Position numbers and translations under genes: made by a program. A DNA stretch of 63,883 nucleotides, filler included, from Welwitschia mirabilis (Eukaryota): the NCBI GenBank assembly GCA_051453625.1. It is 6 parts of one record of this genome, joined end to end, with 100 filler letters (N's around TTAATTAATTAA, not from the genome) between each part and the next. Parts side by side here need not be neighbours in the genome. Positions count along the whole stretch, not along the records: positions 35,685 to 47,041 come from JBOZIK010000001.1; positions 47,142 to 62,489 come from JBOZIK010000001.1; 4 more parts are not named here. One strand, written 5' to 3'. The notes under the pieces were generated by a model. It worked only from the letters and a program-made list of their open reading frames with translations, ran no database searches and was not told the origin of the DNA. Below, piece by piece: positions 38,476 to 50,100 of this stretch. The first letter of the stretch is position 1. The number at the start of each line of letters is the position of its first letter.

Positions 38476-39572
38476 TCAAGGACGTTTAGTCAAATGAAGA
38501 GGCTTTGGATATACTGTAGCCTGAAGCACATCAAATGTGATGATCATGCTTAACCATCTTAATTACAGTATAGAAACAAAATCATTATAAGCATAATCAA
38601 ATATGTTTGATTTATCCAACCATTCATTTATATGTCTAAAGAAGTAATCTTATTGTGCCTTTGGGGTGGCGCGGGGGTGGGGTGGGAATCAGTGTCTCTT
38701 AACACGTGTTTTAATGAGAATGATATTGAAGAAGAGCAGTGTCATAAATTCTAGGATACGTATGGGATGAGAAACCAGGCAAATCTCCAGAAATCAGGAA
38801 ATCATCGCAGCAAAAAGATATTAAGGTGAGTGCAGACCCACATTTGTATGGGCCTGGCCCAATTAAATGCAATTAGACCATTAACACAATACATAAAATG
38901 CACCATAATATTTGAATCAAACAATCCCACAATGTATGTGGCAGATATATGATTAAAATCAGGTCATGTGAATATCAATAACCATTTACGACTTGTCTAT
39001 TTTATCACTGGTCTCTTGTCAACAGTTCCATAGAGATTGACCTTGGATAACATTGTTGAAACACCAAGCATCATTTGAAAATCTTCCTCGGTTTTCACTA
39101 TATAGCCTGTCCTACATGCTATACATGCATTCCTGCCATTAGCATCAAGAAAGGCTTTAATCAACAAAAGTCCTGGTTCACAAAGAAAATACGATAAAAG
39201 CTGCCATGAGAAATGAAAGTACAGAACATAGGTAGGAATTAGGATGACTTCAACAAACAAAATTAGAAGGGTTTGGAAAGGATGATTTCAACAAAATCAC
39301 TAGTACAAAGCGTTGCATGTAATGTAGCAAGCAAGAATCTGCGAAACTAGATAACCATTATAAAGAATCTTGGAGTTGTTAACAGCCAGTTTACCACCAT
39401 TTTGATAAGGATATAGTCATAATTAGTATGGTCTTCACAGAACTGGTTCAAGCACAAGGTTTTATAAAGACAAGAAAGCAAAAGGTCACTATTAAAATTA
39501 AGAACTAACGAGTAGGAGAAACGAACTTGTATTAGCAGCCAAAAGAACCATTCTCGCATGGTGGGAATCACC
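38476..39572 (-). other. Putative captured 3' exons of an unidentified gene inside the hAT element
   Basis: Candidate exons 39572-39527, 39172-39042 and 38520-38476 have AG/GT ends and compatible phases, giving GDSHHARMVLLAANTRLLLIKAFLDANGRNACIACRTGYIVKTEEDFQMMLGVSTMLSKATVYPKPLHLTKRP*. The family is not recognised and the model could be fortuitous. Confidence 0.4.
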
Positions 39573-42500
39573 CTGGATTACCGTAAGGATGCATATTGTA
39601 TTGGACTCAGCTTTGAGGTGGGGGTTTTAGCTGGTTGAGTTTGTAAGTTGGTAGGACTCTTGGATTGAAATGTGCAGACAATAAGCCAGATAATAATCAC
39701 TTATTTAATAATCCTTCAATTCAAGAATAAATCACCAAGAGTAAAACTTCTCTGGCAACATTTCAAATCTCTTTGTTAAGCGAATCAGAATGTTAAAAAC
39801 ATTAATTATGATCATAACGTACCAGTTCAGTATTGAAAATCAGTGGAAAAATGCTGTTGCTATCGAAGAGAATGGTTGAAACAAGGTGGAAAATGGAAGA
39901 ACACTAGGCGGGAAGTCGCTATTGATGTGCACTGCGTTGCTGAAACCAGTTTCTGGCCGTTTTCTATCCCTTTACGCTCTTAAAAACCCTTTTTTTCGCT
40001 TTACGCGAGTTCGGGGGTCGCGGACTCGCCAGACTCGACCCTCGGACTCAGCTTTGCGAGTTTACAGACAGAAACTCGCGGAGGCTAGCGAACTCGCGGA
40101 CTCGCCGGACTCGCCGCGAGTCTGACAACACTGCTTAGGACTATGAAATGCCTCTTGATTCCTTTGGACTTGTAGTATGACCCAAACTCCTTTGAGATGT
40201 ACTCTACCCCACAATTTGTCATTAGGTACTTGCTTTTCGGTGCTCCTTTGCACTTATGTTTTGGATTTCTTGGATTTTTGAAAAGCATTAGACCTTTGTT
40301 TTAATGGAAAAACCTATACCTTCCATGATTTGTCATTTATGAAGATAATAAATATTGTGCACCTTCAAAGGATGCTTAAGGAGGGCCCCAAACATCATTG
40401 TGCACCAAATTCCTCTTGAGCAGATTCTTCATGCCAGGCCTATTGATGTGGTCAAGACATCTTTGACACAACACTGATGCAAAAGCATCCCTGATTGCAA
40501 CATTTGCATCAATTGTTTCTTCTAACAGCTTGTGGAGATTTTCATGCTTCTTGCCCTTCACCACCATAAGAGAATCTCTGGTGACATTTAGCAAGCCATT
40601 TTCTTCTATGAACTTGCAGTCGACAACATCCAACACTCAGAGAAATTACATTTCTTCTCATATTTGGTGCATGCTTCAAATCTGTGAGAGTTTGCACAAC
40701 TTCATCAACTGTTTTGATTAAAACAGTACCAACATCAACAATCCTAGCTTTATCATTCATACCCATCAAAGGATGGCCCCCATCCGTTTCCTGATGTGTG
40801 TGAAACCCTAGGGAGTAATGTGCCCTAAAGACCCCCATCTTAAGGATTCAATCACCACCTCTGGGTGAGCCCCAGGATGAGAGCATGTCTCCAAAAGCAT
40901 CTTTGTTTATAGAGTTGGCCTTGTTGGTTTTAGAGCCTGAGCCTTACCATTGCTACCTCTCTTCCTTATCTACCTTCAGCTTCCAACAATCCTTCTTAAA
41001 ATTTCACCTTTTATGGCAGTAAAAGCATTCCTTATCCATTATGTTGCTCTTTCCAGATCTTGAATTTGATCCAGATGATCTGTTATTAGATCCTTTCTCC
41101 ATCGTGTGTCCTCTACTCACCAAGCCTTCTCCAGATGACGTCGTTATAATGGTCTTCATCCTCCTCTTTGATAGAAATGCTGCAGGCACTGTCTGGATCT
41201 CTATGGTATCCTAAAAGCAGTGTCACGGGGAGAGGTTGTTAGGACGATGACAGAGAGATGAGAACGATGAGGACTTGATACTCCTTCTTGATCTCTGCCT
41301 CAATGCTAGAGAGGTGGTAGATCAGCTCATTGGCAGCAGTTGGTTGATCCACAATAAATGTTCCCGCCTCTATCTTGAAGTCATAAAGTTCTGACTTCAG
41401 ATGCAACTTATTCACTAGAATCTTGATTATGTACAAGCCCTCCAAATCTTTCTACAATGTGGCAGTAGAATTTTTCTTTGCCACATTGAACAAAACCTGA
41501 TTTGCAAGATTTAACTGAATGGTCCTCTAAGCCCTTAGGTCCAAACCCCCCCATTGTGTATTAGACATGGTTGAAGGCTTTTAGCCTTCCCTAATAGTGC
41601 CTTCTACAACCATTGTTGAATGAATGTATCCTTAACTTTATGTGCCATAGCCTAAAGTCATTTTTGTCTTCAAACTCTTCCACCTTGGACTTTGCATTCA
41701 AAACCCTAATGCCCATTCTTTACTATGTTTTACACCACTTCCTCTTCTACTACCAATTGTAATGGAATATGTGAAATTGCTTGGATCAAACAACATCAGA
41801 CAGAAGAATGCTGAATATAGTAATACAAAGGAAAAATAAAAATGAAATAAAGAAATGAAACAAAGACAAAGTATACAAAGTTATGTGCTTTGGTAATGTG
41901 ATGTCCATAGAAAATTGGGACTCACTTTTCTTGTTACAAGAGGAAAAAATATATCAGCAATAATTCAACTTGCTGTAGAGATACATAAGCAGCAACACAA
42001 ATGCACAAACAGCCCTTACTTTCGAATAGGAACACAGGACGGCAACAAAGCCCTTGCTGTCACTCAGACATGCTCACAATACCACAACACACATTGTTGC
42101 TTCATGCACAAGCAAAGCCAAGCCCCCACACCTGTTATATACTTTTAGAATTAGGGCAAAGCCATTGCGAGAAAAACCAAAACATAGAAAACCACAGGCC
42201 AAAACTCTATGCCAAGCACAAACACCATATGCTAACTAATTCATGCAATAAATCTGATGGACACATTTCAAGACTTTGAGCCCAATTTTAGGCGCACATG
42301 CAGTAAGCTCCCAACCATTCTCTCCCTCTGTCTCCTCTCCCTGTCTTTTTTCGTTGTTAATAGCAAAGAGAAGGAGAAACATATTTATGCCTGGGTTACC
42401 CTATGTGAAAGCAGAGATACTATTTGCCTACTTCTTGGTATTATTTTCTGTTGCATCAATAATCCTTTCAAGAAGACACATTGGGGTAGTTTGAAGACTT

Positions 42501-42949
42501 TACATTGGATATTCTTTCTCATACAGGAAGAAGAGCAAAGGAAGCTTTCCTTTGCAGAAGGAGAGGGCAGCTTTTTGCTACATCCTTCTTCCTTCCTCAA
42601 CCAAGATACTAGCTTCCCACAACTTTTAGGAGGAGCCTAGTTATTAGGAACTTTTATTCCCCACTTTGTAATATCTAGTCCAGGTCCCTTTTGGGCTTCC
42701 TCTTATCTTTCTTTCTTCTTTTTCATATATGTGTGTATATATATGAACACCTTCCTTTATGTTTTCTTTCTTTCTAGAATAAATTCCCTTGTGAGGGTTC
42801 GTTGTAGGCATCACCAAAGAGACATTTCTTACCTTGAGTCCTTTGCTGCTTCATGTGAAGAGGATTCCTTGGTAACTATATTTGAACTAGAACCTTCAAA
42901 ACATTAAGGTTCTCCCTCAACCTAAAAAAGTGAGGGTTGTTGCCTTTCC

Positions 42950-45900
42950 ACACCTAGAGACAGGATTTCACATCACGAAGTACATAGCAGGAAAGAAACA
43001 AAGTTAATGATTTTCCTATTGAAGAAATATTGGGAGAAACCCCTTTTATTCGATATATCAAAGTATTTACAATACCCACTTCTTTATAGGACACAAGTCC
43101 TCTTACAACAAAATGCCTAATCAATGTGGGATTTAAGGAAATAACATAAAATAGCAAATNNNNNNNNNNNNNNNNNNNNNNNNNNNNNNNNNNNNNNNNN
43201 NNNNNNNNNNNNNNNNNNNNNNNNNNNNNNNNNNNNNNNNNNNNNNNNNNNNNNNNNNNCCTCAAAAGTCCGGTCGACCCCATCTGGTGCCGTGACTTAT
43301 ATAGGTTGCCCGAGAATTTCACTCAACCTAATTTCTTACATCTTCTTGTCTAGTTGACCCCATCTAAGTCTAGTTGACTCCAGTCCGGTCGCCTGCTACA
43401 TGATCTGGTCGATCCCTCCAGGTGTCCAGTTGACCCCATGACGATCGGCTTAGAGTATCAACTACATAGGGCTTAGGTTTGGTTGACCCCATTATAGGTT
43501 CGATCGACCCCTCGTCATTCAGTTTAGGAGTACTATTCCTTAGTTCACAGATCCGGTCAACCCCATCAAAGGTCTGGTTAACCCCTTATCATTCAGTCCA
43601 GGGATACTGTTTATCAGGTCCTCAAATTCGGTCGACCCCATAAGGATCCAGTTAACCCCTTTCCATTTGGTTCAAAGACTCAAGTTCTTGGGGTTATAAG
43701 TTTGTTCAACCCCATCAGAAATTTGGTTGACCCATCTAGATGTAGCTCATTTAGTTTGTCTGCTTCAGGTGTGGTTTTGGCTTCATCTTNNNNNNNNNNN
43801 NNNNNNNNNNNNNNNNNNNNNNNNNNNNNNNNNNNNNNNNNNNNNNNNNNNNNNNNNNNNNNNNNNNNNNNNNNNNNNNNNNNNNNNNNNNNNNNNNNNN
43901 NNNNNNNNNNNNNNNNNNNNNNNNNNNNNNNNNNNNNNNNNNNNNNNNNNNNNNNNNNNNNNNNNNNNNNNNNNNNNNNNNNNNNNNNNNNNNNNNNNNN
44001 NNNNNNNNNNNNNNNNNNNNNNNNNNNNNNNNNNNNNNNNNNNNNNNNNNNNNNNNNNNNNNNNNNNNNNNNNNNNNNNNNNNNNNNNNNNNNNNNNNNN
44101 NNNNNNNNNNNNNNNNNNNNNNNNNNNNNNNNNNNNNNNNNNNNNNNNNNNNNNNNNNNNNNNNNNNNNNNNNNNNNNNNNNNNNNNNNNNNNNNNNNNN
44201 NNNNNNNNNNNNNNNNNNNNNNNNNNNNNNNNNNNNNNNNNNNNNNNNNNNNNNNNNNNNNNNNNNNNNNNNNNNNNNNNNNNNNNNNNNNNNNNNNNNN
44301 NNNNNNNNNNNNNNNNNNNNNNNNNNNNNNNNNNNNNNNNNNNNNNNNNNNNNNNNNNNNNNNNNNNNNNNNNNNNNNNNNNNNNNNNNNNNNNNNNNNN
44401 NNNNNNNNNNNNNNNNNNNNNNNNNNNNNNNNNNNNNNNNNNNNNNNNNNNNNNNNNNNNNNNNNNNNNNNNNNNNNNNNNNNNNNNNNNNNNNNNNNNN
44501 NNNNNNNNNNNNNNNNNNNNNNNNNNNNNNNNNNNNNNNNNNNNNNNNNNNNNNNNNNNNNNNNNNNNNNNNNNNNNNNAGCTGCTATGAGTTCTTCCTT
44601 GATGTGTCTAGTACAAAAATCAATTTATCTCAGATATGAAAGGGTCTCACTAGGAGAGGCTTCCTTTAGAAAGGGAGACTTTAAAGATTTCTTAGGTGGG
44701 ATAAAGATATGCATACGGGATAAGGTTGCACGTCCAATGGGTGCCATAGGCTGGAGGGTTTTCAATTTTGGATGAAAAGTAACATGAAAATAATGGCACA
44801 AACTTGTGATAAGCATAGAGTAGGGTAATGCCCTAGTCTTGGGGTACTGTAGCNNNNNNNNNNNNNNNNNNNNNNNNNNNNNNNNNNNNNNNNNNNNNNN
44901 NNNNNNNNNNNNNNNNNNNNNNNNNNNNNNNNNNNNNNNNNNNNNNNNNNNNNNNNNNNNNNNNNNNNNNNNNNNNNNNNNNNNNNNNNNNNNNNNNNNN
45001 NNNNNNNNNNNNNNNNNNNNNNNNNNNNNNNNNNNNNNNNNNNNNNNNNNNNNNNNNNNNNNNNNNNNNNNNNNNNNNNNNNNNNNNNNNNNNNNNNNNN
45101 NNNNNNNNNNNNNNNNNNNNNNNNNNNNNNNNNNNNNNNNNNNNNNNNNNNNNNNNNNNNNNNNNNNNNNNNNNNNNNNNNNNNNNNNNNNNNNNNNNNN
45201 NNNNNNNNNNNNNNNNNNNNNNNNNNNNNNNNNNNNNNNNNNNNNNNNNNNNNNNNNNNNNNNNNNNNNNNNNNNNNNNNNNNNNNNNNNNNNNNNNNNN
45301 NNNNNNNNNNNNNNNNNNNNNNNNNNNNNNNNNNNNNNNNNNNNNNNNNNNNNNNNNNNNNNNNNNNNNNNNNNNNNNNNNNNNNNNNNNNNNNNNNNNN
45401 NNNNNNNNNNNNNNNNNNNNNNNNNNNNNNNNNNNNNNNNNNNNNNNNNNNNNNNNNNNNNNNNNNNNNNNNNNNNNNNNNNNNNNNNNNNNNNNNNNNN
45501 NNNNNNNNNNNNNNNNNNNNNNNNNNNNNNNNNNNNNNNNNNNNNNNNNNNNNNNNNNNNNNNNNNNNNNNNNNNNNNNNNNNNNNNNNNNNNNNNNNNN
45601 NNNNNNNNNNNNNNNNNNNNNNNNNNNNNNNNNNNNNNNNNNAGGCTTCATCACGATGTTCAACTAAAAGTAAGAAGTTATAAGTAAAAATCAAGTGAAA
45701 AAAATGATACTTTGGTATCAATAAAGAAGTAGAAATGGTGTGCTTCCAAGAGTGCCCTTTACCACAGATATCCTTGGTAACAACAAGCTTGTCTTCCATA
45801 GTGTCTCGAAGAGGCCAAAGCTCTTCATAATCATCCCTAGGAAGATCACTCAGCTCAGAAATGAGATTAGCTGTTACTCTCAGTTACTTCCCCAAAATGA

Positions 45901-47041
45901 GGGTTTCAAGGGTTCCAGAGTCATGATCATAAGAAGAATTACAATAAAACATCCTTTTTCATTATGATTCATCAAGTCCAGTCAATCGTTAGAGATTCTG
46001 GTGGACCCATCGAGATGCGAGTCTACATTACTGGAAGGGGTCTAAATAACTAGGCTTTCAGTCTGGTCGATTGACCACATCCGGTTGACCAAATCATAGA
46101 TCCAGTCAACTACCCTGAAATTAGCCAAAGGACAACGAGTGAAACCCCAGTTCATTTTTGTGATTGATAAATAAATTCTAGATACGGGGTGCTACATCAA
46201 AATTTTCTAGGCTAATCTTTCCCTTTTGCATATCGTACTTCATATAATTTAACTAATCGATCAAACAAATATCTATTCTATAGATATTATCTACTCGTTC
46301 TGTAGTAAGAATAACATCATTTGTTTTTACATCTATAACTTTATATTTTTATTTTTTAAAAATTACTTTGTAACCTTTATTACACAGTTGACTAATACTT
46401 AATAGATTATATTTCAAATCATTTACATGAAATACATCATCAGGTTTAGGCAACTTACCTCCCTTGATGCATCTTGTACCTTCTATCTTTTCCTTTTCAT
46501 TGTTTCCAAANNNNNNNNNNNNNNNNNNNNNNNNNNNNNNNNNNNNNNNNNNNNNNNNNNNNNNNNNNNNNNNNNNNNNNNNNNNNNNNNNNNNNNNNNN
46601 NNNNNNNNNNNNNNNNNNNNNNNNNNNNNNNNNNNNNNNNNNNNNNNNNNNNNNNNNNNNNNNNNNNNNNNNNNNNNNNNNNNNNNNNNNNNNNNNNNNN
46701 NNNNNNNNNNNNNNNNNNNNNNNNNNNNNNNNNNNNNNNNNNNNNNNNNNNNNNNNNNNNNNNNNNNNNNNNNNNNNNNNNNNNNNNNNNNTGACAAAAG
46801 TTACATGAAAGTTTAGAAGCATACTTACTCTTTCAGTTTACCTATTCTTATGATTTCTGTGAACTAAAGCCAATACCTGATCTGTCTCTAATAGGTTTCC
46901 GCACTCCAAGCATCTGTTCCAATTTAGAAGAACCACCAGAAACTTTATCTACAAAAAAGAAAAGATCTTTTACCTGAGACATTAGAGTAGTGTTGTCAGA
47001 TTTTAGCATATTATATTTCATGTCCAATTCCTCCTTGTCTT
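42950..47041 (-). mobile_element. Gapped remnant of a SIRE-like Copia element
   Basis: FGNNEKEKIEG..DVFHVNDLKYNLLSISQLCNKGYKVIF (46349-46510), plus clustered ggtcgaccc/gttgaccc palindromic motifs at 43260-43740 and 46060-46110. Confidence 0.65.
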
Positions 47042-47159
47042 NNNNNNNNNNNNNNNNNNNNNNNNNNNNNNNNNNNNNNNNNNNNTTAATTAATTAANNN
47101 NNNNNNNNNNNNNNNNNNNNNNNNNNNNNNNNNNNNNNNNNTGACATCAATTGACAAAA

Positions 47160-50100
47160 CATAATCTAACAATTCCTGCTTCTTTGAAACATTTCTACAT
47201 GGTACAATCTGATCCATTGATGCTCTGAGCTTAGGGTATTAAGCTATATTAAGTTCATATATGGGTAGGGTAGGAGAGTGGTGATAAAATCCCCTTCAAT
47301 AAGGGTATTATAAAAAAAATAAAAATGTAATGCAATCCAGCTTGGTGGTGAAATTTAAGTATGGGAATGATCATTGATAGGATTATCTTGATTTAGTCTC
47401 ATTTAATGAANNNNNNNNNNNNNNNNNNNNNNNNNNNNNNNNNNNNNNNNNNNNNNNNNNNNNNNNNNNNNNNNNNNNNNNNNNNNNNNNNNNNNNNNNN
47501 NNNNNNNNNNTATAGAGTGAATTGACCAACGAATGTCGTAATCTGGAGAGCGTAAGGCAACAATATAATCAAGCACATGAATGAGAAAGAATATGATTCC
47601 AATTTTAGTTCAATATCTCAATCAATTTTGTGTTTTCTTATGCAAAAAGGAAATTGACAATTCAACTATTCTAATGTGCAATGCAAAGTATGAAAGAGAA
47701 ATGAAATGCAAGCCTACGATAACCAATTTTCTGAGTTGTTGTCACCCAACTCAGCCCTTATGACCTGTGTCTAATTTAGAATTAATCTAAGAGATAGCAT
47801 CAACTAAACTTTAACACAAATCATAAGAAAAATCATAAGATTTTGAGAATAAGAAAGACATTTTATTAAATCAATGGAATGTCTTACAATACCTCAGTAA
47901 GGTAATAACTCCTTAATGTCATAAACACAGCCTTCACACCAAGAACGATCTCTCCTATACTGAATTGGACCCTTAACTCCTTGGATGCCTTTGTCATACA
48001 ATCCTCCAATGCCAAAAGATGGCTAAATGAGGCCCAATGGAGGTTTTTATAGTTTTCCTAAGGTGGTTATGGTTCAGGTAGGTCGGTACAGGTGAAGAGG
48101 CATCATTAAGTGCAAACTAAAACTTAATTGACTCGGTTATGAAGAAGTTAAGGCATTGTCATTATGGGGACGACAAAGGACATGACACCCTTTCATTAGC
48201 CAATCACAGATCATCATGTCAGAATCCCGTTGCTATTCAAATTTGTAAGCAATGGCTGTGTCGTCTCCTCTGTCGTGGGGATAACATAGCCCATGACAGT
48301 TACGTCAGCAGTTCACGTCAATGTCTCCCACGTTAGCTTTTCCAGCCTCCTTCGAGTCCATGTCGTGCCTCATGTCATTGGGACGACATACAGGATGATA
48401 GTCCTTTTTTTGGTCTTTTCCTTCACTTTTTGCTCCACTTTGTTTTTTAGTTGAATTCTTCCCTTTCTAGATCAAAATATGGCATTAATGTTATAATTAG
48501 ATGGTTAGATCAGGTTATGATAAAATGCTTAAAAATGACTAAATTGAGTTCCTATTCCCTGCAAAACATCACCAATTATACTATTAAAACATGATAATTT
48601 GGGATCGCAACAATTTTCTTATTGGTTTCTTTCTCACTTCTTAAGTATATGTCTTAGGTATTATTAATTTTCCTATTATCAATCCTTTTAAAGTTTTTAA
48701 GACTCTTAGGTTCTTAGAACATAGGATTCTCTTCCTATACTTATTGATTGAGAGTAGTATTAATTTATTAGATAATTTAGATATTGTTTTAAAAACTTTA
48801 TTTAAGGTTGCTTAAGTAAAAGGAGTGTTGTTTAAGGATTTGTTCATGATCATAATTAAATTAGATTTGGAACTCCATGACTTATCTTAATGATCCCTTT
48901 AATGGAGTAGATGAATATGGTTATTATTGGTTGAATGGATAATGTAAAATGAAGTAAATTGATAAGGTGATGAAGGAAAAATATTTGAGGGATGGTGTAA
49001 TGTCTGGAATCAAACCTTGGTTATTTAAAATAAGGATTTTTGCACTCATGGTTATAAATAGATTGATCTATATATGGATGGTGTTTCAAGATTTGAAGAT
49101 ATTCACTAAAGGTTTACCTAGTATCAAAAGGATCTTAGGGTTCAAAATCATATAGTTTTTGTATTTATGTTAAAGGTAGTTTCCTAAAGTATCCTTGAAT
49201 CGAATATAATCTCTTGTAGTTTGTTTATGTTAAGCATGATTAGTAATGTTATAAGAATTATTGTAGTTCTCATAGAAAGATTAGAGTTTGAAAGATATTC
49301 CATACATTCTATGAAATGGATCACATTCTTAGCCCATGTTAAGTTTTAGAAAATGGTTAATAAAATTCATTATAAGATTACATGTTCATAATGTTTTAAG
49401 GTTTTAGAGAAGGCCTGGTATCAAAAAGGCTTTAGAAGATCTAAGAAATTTTATACACAAAATCTAAACAAAAAATTTGTGAAAACGCCAATGGCACTAA
49501 TCATTTTTTCAGAAATAACTCAAAAAAAGAAGTGCAATAATTTCTTTACTATGCAAACTAATTCCCATTACAGTGCATATAACTAGATGATTAAAAAATA
49601 AAAACAACTAAGTAGATATGAAATGATTATCATAGAAAAATCATAAGACAATGGAAACTTTAGAAAACTAATATAAATCTAAAAACTACATACAAAACTA
49701 AAACTAGTGACTGAAATAAAACTTCTAAAAAATGAAAATGAAAACCCAAAAAAGGTAAGTCTATATTAGTTTTCGATGCTTCATTTTTCAATCCGTTATT
49801 AGGTTCTAACTTGCATAAAATGCATTAAATCTATAACACAAAAGATTTGATATAGATATGATTTTCAATGTTAAAATGAAAACTATTAAATTAAAAAAGA
49901 CCAGGTTGGATTTAATTGAAAATGGATTAGTGCCCATTACTAGAAAGAAAAGAAAGGACATAAAATTAACACTCATAAGAAAAAGAAAAGGATTAGTTGG
50001 ATATCATAAGAAATGGATGAGTACTAAATACTGAAAAATAAAAACTAACTAAAAAAATTACAAGAAATAAAAATTATGAACTTTTGAAAAGCTACCATGC

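Larger units (their letters stand above)
35511..40133. mobile_element. Non-autonomous hAT element (Pack-like) with perfect 8-bp TSD
   Basis: TSD CTTAGGAC at 35503-35510 and 40134-40141. TIRs CATGGTTGTCAGACTCG / revcomp CAGTGTTGTCAGACTCG (15/17). GACTCG subterminal repeats at both ends. No transposase recognised inside; a contig linker of unknown true size lies at 35585-35684. Confidence 0.85.
35040..42300 (-). mobile_element. Decayed Ty1/Copia element (Tork/Tnt1-like): LTR, gag, protease, integrase; interrupted by a hAT at 35511-40133
   Basis: LTR end/PBS ..ttaca-at-tggtagtag at ~41745-41760 (-). Gag KVEEFEDKNDFRLW, NKLHLKSELYDFK and zinc knuckle CFYCHK. Integrase KYLMTNCGVEYISKEF..GIKRHFIVLR|TP*ENGVV and FLGYANGAKGYRIYDP..KDVVFNE-like motif (35250-35400). 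The LTR outer boundary is approximate. Confidence 0.85.
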
